64,000 nt of DNA from an uncultured virus (IMG/VR IMGVR_UViG_3300027769_000001) (taxonomy: Duplodnaviria; Heunggongvirae; Uroviricota; Caudoviricetes). Positions within the stretch are counted from its first letter, which is position 1. The number at the start of each line of letters is the position of its first letter. Made by a program: the position numbers and the translations under genes. The notes under the pieces were generated by a model. That model did no database searches. It saw only the letters and a list, made by a program, of their open reading frames with translations, and was not told the origin of the DNA. Positions 58,101 to 64,000 of the stretch are shown in pieces. The DNA is taken from the IMG/VR virus record IMGVR_UViG_3300027769_000001; one strand, written 5' to 3'.

Positions 58101-58800
58101 CGAGTTTCTCGAGCCTGAAGAGCGTCAACCCATCCAAGTCAGCGTCAAATTCCGCGAGGAACGCATGTCGGTCAACCTCGACAACCCTGGGGTCTTCTCA
58201 ACCGAGCGCGAGATTCTGGTTCGTGAAGCGGAACCTTTTGGTCAAGACACCGACCCCATCGAGTCCATCGACCTTAGTGATTACGTCACAAGCCAAGCAC
58301 ACGCCATAGACGCCGCGAAGTTCATTGCACGCATGCGACGCATCCCTGATCACGCTGTCAAGTTCTCAACCACCCACGAGGGTCTTGTTGCCAGTATCCA
58401 GCCAGGTGACTATATCCGAGTTGCTATGGACGTTACCCACTACGACGAGCTACGCAACGGGGTTGTAACGGCTGACGGTGGTCTAGTAAGTACTACACCG
58501 TTTGCCGATGGCAGCTACAACGTATTCGCTTGGAACGGTCAGCAAGCCACCGAACCTGAGTTGAGCACTTTAGTGGTCAGCGGTGAAGGTGCCTACGCCA
58601 CCCCATCCAACATCATTTTTACCTTTGTCAACACTAGCACGGTTGTTCGCACTTATCAAATAGAGCGAATTACACCTGCGGATGAGGGCAGCTACTCTAT
58701 AGAAGCGGTACATATGCCCACCAACGAGCGCGGATTCCTGCTGTTGGCCGAGAACTGGGGTAGCGACACGACTGATTCCAACTGGATTATTCAAGCTTGA
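55162..58800 (+). CDS. Tail tip / central fibre protein (lambda J-like)
   Basis: 1212 aa; G..IPLIY, DLLTN.RYG.G, LFFDG, FTAGNI, IQPGDYI. Confidence 0.85.
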   Translation: MSEHPLLPSDRYIADLLGLTDDQYRYYLAEVRRRAMSEPRPSVVAEVTTTLATIAVISSILSLGLTIAASFFKPKPQRQSARLQQNQTQGATINNVRRFAPRQGFDSVQDVATIGDVIPLIYACREQIAGQFYGGIRINTPLIWSQITALDKSQLLRALFLIGEGTPTLEIEPSNIAIGNNTLGSYLLGNTENSRFTAYYRPDGGRVTANDRILGTSNDPGSLIPEDVYAVRDQNGIPASNFSHARRPSTQTQFGVYTLIGNGFGFRMNPNMRPGVNAQITVDVIGKKKKAKAQGRVVCEPDYVSLAQREKLKAKFSGRSGLITQVGNTWTYHLSNTTDAETVFTAGIVVAPWTTSYEVSDNPFTTATDAVLNTWLTIGSVVATSTTVSALVTLNTTAVVAGLATEPDGVYIVNYNIFFIRDSKNIYAEHIISITKTTTPSTPPNPPVVTYSYTNSVATVTVPVNERLEIHQERSGDAANAVAGRQKTWDDSLQVGELIKLGSALALCTERTPSNLSFNSDADFEPVVPSKGNAIDVTLEVIRTGSAQTIPLADLVKDALSNPAFYTATNFPQLFRIAIANFSTLRECRIVEVCIKSALGIRISGLCNFRDTLTYQQIDARACYDKEGSVIPPGDYLTVDIFNSGQMNSSEERFSFFRIRYRESGTEAAFTELAPCFGVRGITQQQVFNDFRIVMPAVKRWEFQIEPLSGWEIRSGSATGDLELIDSSLTTERTITTNGVTITFKGLVSEAGPFIPEGLRSALGPEKFLLSSGQRGDNGEIGIGYSDGSSYLDAWGKLAEAFVYEEVRTTAESSPEHEIVNVNEILPNAITPEYTNLALLGFNVRSGPEWQQFGQISVYVLKGLAGGTHLFPEILLDLLTNTRYGKGDQITTELIDLESFALATTWCRERRLFFDGAIVGRTNLRQWAADVAAAHLCLFGESAGKFWLRPAWPGTVANPEPAPIKGIFTAGNILENSFALEFLEPEERQPIQVSVKFREERMSVNLDNPGVFSTEREILVREAEPFGQDTDPIESIDLSDYVTSQAHAIDAAKFIARMRRIPDHAVKFSTTHEGLVASIQPGDYIRVAMDVTHYDELRNGVVTADGGLVSTTPFADGSYNVFAWNGQQATEPELSTLVVSGEGAYATPSNIIFTFVNTSTVVRTYQIERITPADEGSYSIEAVHMPTNERGFLLLAENWGSDTTDSNWIIQA

Positions 58801-59198
58801 CCATGCCTATCGCTTTTCCTGCAATCCGTCCCACCAGCCGCCGCTATCAACTCCCGGCGTTCCCGGTTACCCAGTTTAAGTCCCAGGGTGGGATTACTAG
58901 CTTCAGGCTCTGGGGCAGCAACCCCGAGGGTGCTCGCCTTCAGCTCGAGTTTCAGAACATCGCTGACTCTAAGGCTCTGGCAATATCAGAAGCCTATACA
59001 TCCGCCAAGGGTCCAATAGGGACATTGGACTTACCACCTGAGATATTTAGTGGTGCGGACGCACGCCTTGCCGACTTCATCAAATCTAAAGGTAACCAAT
59101 TATCGTGGCATTTTACAGCAGAACCTCCGGTTATTGAATCTGTAGTAAATGGTGTCAGCTCTGTTTCTGTAGTACTAACGGGTATCCTTACGTATTAA
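58797..59198 (+). CDS. Minor tail protein (distal tail-like)
   Basis: FPAIRPTSR, L.LEFQNI, W.F..PP, VSSVSV.L. Confidence 0.6.
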   Translation: MTMPIAFPAIRPTSRRYQLPAFPVTQFKSQGGITSFRLWGSNPEGARLQLEFQNIADSKALAISEAYTSAKGPIGTLDLPPEIFSGADARLADFIKSKGNQLSWHFTAEPPVIESVVNGVSSVSVVLTGILTY

Positions 59199-59254
59199 CG
59201 ACGCTGCTAGCCTGATACATAGCCGCATCACTTCCCGCAACGCGGGTTTTCGCT

Positions 59255-59674
59255 ATGACTGCCGCCGCAACCTCCTCTGATGCCTGGATCTACTGGAACG
59301 GTGTGCGGGTTGGCAAGTTCACCTCTGTGACGCAAGCCACCGAGCGCGCACCCCTTGAAACAACCGCGCTCGGGGACACAGCCGCTACGTTTCAGCCCGG
59401 CGGCATGCTTCGCAACAGCTTCAGCGGAAACCTCCTATACGACCCCGGCGACATAGCGGCGCAGAGCATGCTCAACGCCATCGACAACATGCAAGTAGGC
59501 CTCGAGACTCACGGGCTTCTTCGAGTCCAGTGGCTCCGCCGACTCAGCACACCTCAAGGAGACCGCGAAGGTAACGCGGTAATTGTTTCACGCTCTAACG
59601 CTACCTCCGTTGGAGACCTACAGACAATCTCTATCGACATTCAATTCACAGGTGAAGTCACCGGGAGTTTCTAA
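59255..59674 (+). CDS. Tail-tube-fold minor protein
   Basis: LETTALGD...FSG.LLYD...I.FTG. Confidence 0.6.
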   Translation: MTAAATSSDAWIYWNGVRVGKFTSVTQATERAPLETTALGDTAATFQPGGMLRNSFSGNLLYDPGDIAAQSMLNAIDNMQVGLETHGLLRVQWLRRLSTPQGDREGNAVIVSRSNATSVGDLQTISIDIQFTGEVTGSF

Positions 59675-60750
59675 TGCTGATTGGACGCCACGGCAGCATC
59701 GAACTACGCCGGGAGTGGCCGGCTCCCACCTTTATTCCGGCCTCCGAGGTCGCCACTACCGCCACAGACACCCGCCTGTTTGTCACCAACCTCGGGTGGC
59801 TTGACGGTCAGCGCGTGCTCGTGACCTGTCCCGCGGGTGTACCACTGGCTCCACTACCTGTTGCTCAGCTGAATACTCCCATCTACGCTCCATGCCCTGA
59901 GGGCTATCGCTTCTGGGGCACAACAGCTAGCGCTGCGAGCACCGGACCTTCATCAGCTCACCGAGGTACTGTTGCCGATCTCTTTTGGCGTGTCGGTGTC
60001 ACCGACAGCACCACCCGCTTTTGGGAAGACAGCGTCACCGTGGGCTTTGTCACTCAACTCACTGCCTACGTCTCTCGTGACGCCCTCGACCGCTTCGCGT
60101 TCCATACCACCGAGATCGGTGCCCTGAGCCGCGATCCGGCTACGCAGTTCAAACTGCTTCCTCTTGCCTTTGGTCAACTGCTCTTAGCCCCGGTACCCGA
60201 AACACCTCCAGCTACCTACACCTCTGCGCTATTGACCGCAGCCACGGCACAGCCTCTAGTCGAGGCCGAGCAAGAGTTGTTCCCGCTACCAGCAGCTATT
60301 GAAACGGTTTATTCCGACACATCGTATCGGGACTGGCAGTACCTAGGTACCTTAGAAGCCTATCAAGTAGAAACCGATTCCAAGATGCTAGACACATCTA
60401 CTATCGGTGACGATTTTGGTGACTACCAGAAGAATTTAATTACAGGTGCCGGCAACTTTAGCGCTTTGTTCCGCCGCTACCTTAAAGACAACGAACTTGA
60501 AGGACGCGATCTGCTTCGCATGGTCTATATGACCTCTACAGGAGCTAAAGCTAGAGTTCATTTTAGTCTTCAACCAGACGCAGCAGGTGTCAACGATAGC
60601 GCAATCATGTCACTAGCAGGTGATATTTTAATCGGTCGTGGCTCACTATCCGTAGATGCTGACGATATTATTAGATTGCAGACTGACTTTGTTGTGGTTA
60701 AAGACGTCAACGGACGCGGATTAACTCCGGCATTCGGGGCGCTAGATTGA
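59674..60750 (+). CDS. Tail structural protein
   Basis: LDTSTIGDDFG...ITGAGNF tube-like C-terminus. Confidence 0.6.
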   Translation: MLIGRHGSIELRREWPAPTFIPASEVATTATDTRLFVTNLGWLDGQRVLVTCPAGVPLAPLPVAQLNTPIYAPCPEGYRFWGTTASAASTGPSSAHRGTVADLFWRVGVTDSTTRFWEDSVTVGFVTQLTAYVSRDALDRFAFHTTEIGALSRDPATQFKLLPLAFGQLLLAPVPETPPATYTSALLTAATAQPLVEAEQELFPLPAAIETVYSDTSYRDWQYLGTLEAYQVETDSKMLDTSTIGDDFGDYQKNLITGAGNFSALFRRYLKDNELEGRDLLRMVYMTSTGAKARVHFSLQPDAAGVNDSAIMSLAGDILIGRGSLSVDADDIIRLQTDFVVVKDVNGRGLTPAFGALD

Positions 60751-60775
60751 CCTGATAGCCGGACGCTGTTGAACG

Positions 60776-63700
60776 ATGCCGAATCTGCGCCTAGCAGGGG
60801 ATTCTGACTCGATCCTCAACGGCAATACACAAGCCAACGTCAAGGCCCAGCTTGGTGCCTTGGTGGATCTGATGCGTCAGGTTGCCGGTGACGCTGCGGT
60901 ATCCGCCGGAAACCTGGAAGCAGCTGATCCGCTCAACGCTCCCTTCACGCTCTACGTCAACCCATACACCGGCAGCGACAAGTTTGTAGGAGGCAGCTAC
61001 AACACCCACGAGGCCGGATCCACCGATCCGGAGATCATCGCCAGCAAACTCAAGCGCATTGAAAAGCAACGCCTTGTTTGCGGCTACACACCCCAGCGTC
61101 CGTTCCGCACCATCAACCGCGCCGTCATTGAAGCGGCCATCATTACCAGCAAGAGCTGGTACACCTATACAGATCCCCGAGCTCACGTAGATTGCGTGAG
61201 CATTGTGCTCGCCCCAGCAGTTCACACCCTTTACAACGATCCTGGTAGCGTCAGCACCTCTTTAGCGAGTTGGGGCGACACAAAAGATCCCACCATTGCT
61301 GAACTCATCGCTTTCAACCCCGCCAGCGTCGGCGGTGTTTTACTCCCCCGAGGATGTTCGCTATGCGGTTCTGACCTGCGTAAGACAACCATTCGCCCCA
61401 ACTGGGTACCGGGCGTAGCCGACGAGCAGGCGGACTACGGGAACCGTCGCGGGATGCTCAAGATCACTGGAACCGGCTACTTCTTCGGTTTCACCTTGAT
61501 GGACAAGGTGGGCACAACGACTAGCCACCACCTCCTCGACACTTTCCACTTTGGCAGCAAAACGGAGCTCGACGCCTTCTACGCCAAGTGTTTCAGCGCG
61601 GTAGGCACCGGCGCCAACCTCGGCTCTGCGCTCACCGTGACGCGCCCCACCGAGTACGAAATCGTCGGTCCTATCGACATCGAGCAGACCCCCACATCAA
61701 CTTGGGATACCACCGCAAGCGCCAGCCCCTACATCTTCAACTGCTCGATCCGCTCGGACTACGGTCTCGGGGGCGCCTGGATGGACGGAAGCAGGGTCAG
61801 TGGTCTGAAGTCGATGGTATGCGCCAACTTCACAGGCGTGTCGCTTCAGAAGGACATGTCCTGCTGGCAGCGCTATGACGGCACGAACTGGACTACCACG
61901 ACATACGCGCAGTACATCGCAGCGTCCCCGAACGACATCCGCATGAATCCTGCTCGGCTGAGCAGGCACATCAGCGCAATCAATAATGCCTTCATCCAAG
62001 AGGTATCTGTTTTTGCTATTGGCCAAGGCATTCATCACTTCACCGACAAAGGTGGAGAAATCACAATCACAAATAGCAACAGCAGCTTCGGCGGCTGTTC
62101 CGCCCTTAGCACAGGTTATAAGCCGTCAGCATTCACCCAAGACAAAAACTGGACAATTAACAGGATTAAAGTTCCACTAAACCCAAGTGAAAAATTAGGT
62201 AATGTTAGACGTATTTTTGTCGGTATTATTTCCGAGCTGACCAGCACCAGTATTACGCTGACCACACCTTTAGCAGCAGATGAAGGTAACGTTACTGTTC
62301 CTTCCATTCTTTTGCGCGATGGATACAGCCTTGCAGCTGGGACAAAACTTTGGGTTGAGAACCCAGCAGGGGATCACTGGCGCGCTGACCTGACGGCAAC
62401 GGCATGGTCCAGTAGCGCTCCTACTACTATCAACATCACCGCTGCCCTAACGCAGGCTGGTACCAATGATCCTGTAACGACCAACCCGGACACAGGAGCG
62501 AGTCTGGCCATCGGTAAGCGTGTCTACATTCGCCGTCTGGTAGACACACGCAGCCCCAACGAACGCCGCGTTTCCGTTCAGCTGAACAACACAGCAAGTG
62601 CTCGTGTCCCGGAGCGCAGCTTTGTACTTCAAACCGATCCCACTCGGACGGGGGGCGCCATCACCCGAGCGCTTACGGCCACAGGTTCTGAGGTGCTCGT
62701 AACCACCAGCACCGGCACCGGCCCTGCTCCTGGCCCCGGAGTGTCGACAACAGCAGAGGTTACGATCCGCCGAGCTGCAGCTTCGCTCACTTACGCCAAT
62801 AGCACCTATTATCGTGCCGGCACAGTAGTTAGGCATCAAAACAAGCATTATCAAGCCCTACGCGATCAAGTTACCAATTCTCCGAATCCAGTTACTACTG
62901 ACTGGGGCGAGACATTCGTGCACATGCCCTCGGACTACAACACCGAGGACGCTTCGCGCAATGAGTCGCCAATTCTGGTATTCGATACAGATACAGATCC
63001 GAACGATAACACCCAAACCTGTGGTATCAACTTTACTACGGTGTGGACTTCGGTAGGCAGCATCCGTAATCAATATCGAAGTGCTACAGACTATCTAGGC
63101 GTTCATGCTTTATTGGTAGCTCTGGGATTCACGGATACCGCAGCTCACAACGCACTCGTGCCCAGGACAGCTGTCACCCGAGAACGTAACCCATCGAGCT
63201 CTGTTGATTTTCCCGTAGCTCCCAGTGGCGGTGCTGCCACGTCCTTAGGCCATTGGGCTGTGGAGTTTCGTCGTCCCAGCGTGCTTCGTCTCTACGGGCA
63301 TGCCTGGGAATGGGCGGGCTTCCTGAACTACAGCAAGGCTATTCCAGCGGCACAGAAGACAATGTCGCCGCAGAACAAGTTTAGCTATTACTTCACTAAC
63401 CAGCTCGGTGGTCGCGTAGTACCTCAAGGCAGTAACGAAGATGGTTACAACATCTCCCCTAAAGGGCTTGAGGACGTTGAAACAGGCGCAACACTGACTG
63501 TCGAGGCTATCGGCAGCAGCACGCTGGATACGTTCCAGCAGACTGATTTTCCTAATGGCATCATAACGCCAGAGATTACAGTAGACAACATTACGATCAC
63601 TACATCTATTGCGTTTCCTGACGTTAGTGCAGCCCGTACAACATCGTTAGGTCCTGTGCGCTTAGCAAATGCCGCTCAGCTGCGCTCTATTGATGTCATT

Positions 63701-64000
63701 ACAGGTACCACTGATGCGCAACGTGATCTAAGTATTAGTGCTGAGCCAGATGTCGTTACACTTAAAGGCTTAAACTATTGGGCTCGTTCAGCTGGTGTAC
63801 TGACACGACGGACTGGTGTAGCAACTATTTGGGTAGTACCAGACAATGCGGTTAGCGGAGGTACCTATAACTTTAATGGTACATCGGCCACGCTGACGCG
63901 CAACCCGACCCGTACAGGATCTGAACTGCTGGACAATCCTCCGTTCAGCCGAACAGAAGCAGTGACCTTCGCACGTGCTACCGAGTACGCCAATAGCATA
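60776..64000 (+). CDS. Large tail fibre/spike protein (3' truncated by window)
   Basis: ATG 60776 with the frame open at the window end; TLYVNP..GSD, RPFRTINRAVIEAA, SASPYIFNCSIRS.YG..G..MDGS..SG.KSMV.A.FTGVSLQKD typical of cyanophage fibres. Confidence 0.8.
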   Translation, partial: MPNLRLAGDSDSILNGNTQANVKAQLGALVDLMRQVAGDAAVSAGNLEAADPLNAPFTLYVNPYTGSDKFVGGSYNTHEAGSTDPEIIASKLKRIEKQRLVCGYTPQRPFRTINRAVIEAAIITSKSWYTYTDPRAHVDCVSIVLAPAVHTLYNDPGSVSTSLASWGDTKDPTIAELIAFNPASVGGVLLPRGCSLCGSDLRKTTIRPNWVPGVADEQADYGNRRGMLKITGTGYFFGFTLMDKVGTTTSHHLLDTFHFGSKTELDAFYAKCFSAVGTGANLGSALTVTRPTEYEIVGPIDIEQTPTSTWDTTASASPYIFNCSIRSDYGLGGAWMDGSRVSGLKSMVCANFTGVSLQKDMSCWQRYDGTNWTTTTYAQYIAASPNDIRMNPARLSRHISAINNAFIQEVSVFAIGQGIHHFTDKGGEITITNSNSSFGGCSALSTGYKPSAFTQDKNWTINRIKVPLNPSEKLGNVRRIFVGIISELTSTSITLTTPLAADEGNVTVPSILLRDGYSLAAGTKLWVENPAGDHWRADLTATAWSSSAPTTINITAALTQAGTNDPVTTNPDTGASLAIGKRVYIRRLVDTRSPNERRVSVQLNNTASARVPERSFVLQTDPTRTGGAITRALTATGSEVLVTTSTGTGPAPGPGVSTTAEVTIRRAAASLTYANSTYYRAGTVVRHQNKHYQALRDQVTNSPNPVTTDWGETFVHMPSDYNTEDASRNESPILVFDTDTDPNDNTQTCGINFTTVWTSVGSIRNQYRSATDYLGVHALLVALGFTDTAAHNALVPRTAVTRERNPSSSVDFPVAPSGGAATSLGHWAVEFRRPSVLRLYGHAWEWAGFLNYSKAIPAAQKTMSPQNKFSYYFTNQLGGRVVPQGSNEDGYNISPKGLEDVETGATLTVEAIGSSTLDTFQQTDFPNGIITPEITVDNITITTSIAFPDVSAARTTSLGPVRLANAAQLRSIDVITGTTDAQRDLSISAEPDVVTLKGLNYWARSAGVLTRRTGVATIWVVPDNAVSGGTYNFNGTSATLTRNPTRTGSELLDNPPFSRTEAVTFARATEYANSI

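Noticed and set aside
1..64000. Lysogeny module, DGR, or DNA-modification (purZ/dpd) cluster
   Set aside because: No integrase, reverse transcriptase or such enzymes recognised in this window; they could lie outside it

Overview
This window holds most of the genome of a long-tailed (siphovirus-like) dsDNA phage. The host is probably a cyanobacterium, judging from the cyanobacterial-type AbrB, the RpoD-like sigma factor and cyanophage-type fibre proteins. In order, the window contains: the end of a tail fibre gene and lysis genes (1-3.1 kb); replication genes, namely family A polymerase, primase-helicase, SSB-like protein, exonuclease, dNMP kinase and sigma factor (3.7-12.8 kb); a non-coding control region with phased repeats, tandem sigma70 promoters and a ~650-nt highly base-paired RNA candidate (12.8-13.95 kb); small early genes (14-23.3 kb); dcd, terminase, portal and MuF; an accessory head block; a DUF2213 protease/scaffold and DUF2184 capsid; and a lambda-like tail running off the right end. 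The most striking feature lies at 28.3-36.6 kb, where three genes around MuF encode six modules. Each module has an R-x-D site, a CGxxxI[P/S]xxxxC tag, a hydrophobic helix and a variable cargo, and two cargos are intact kinases. One module is reachable only through a lambda-type GGGAAAG -1 frameshift. This looks like a protease-processed, capsid-packaged effector system, but that is inference. No tRNA, rRNA, CRISPR array or integrase was recognised. All family assignments come from motif recognition by eye, not from database searches.
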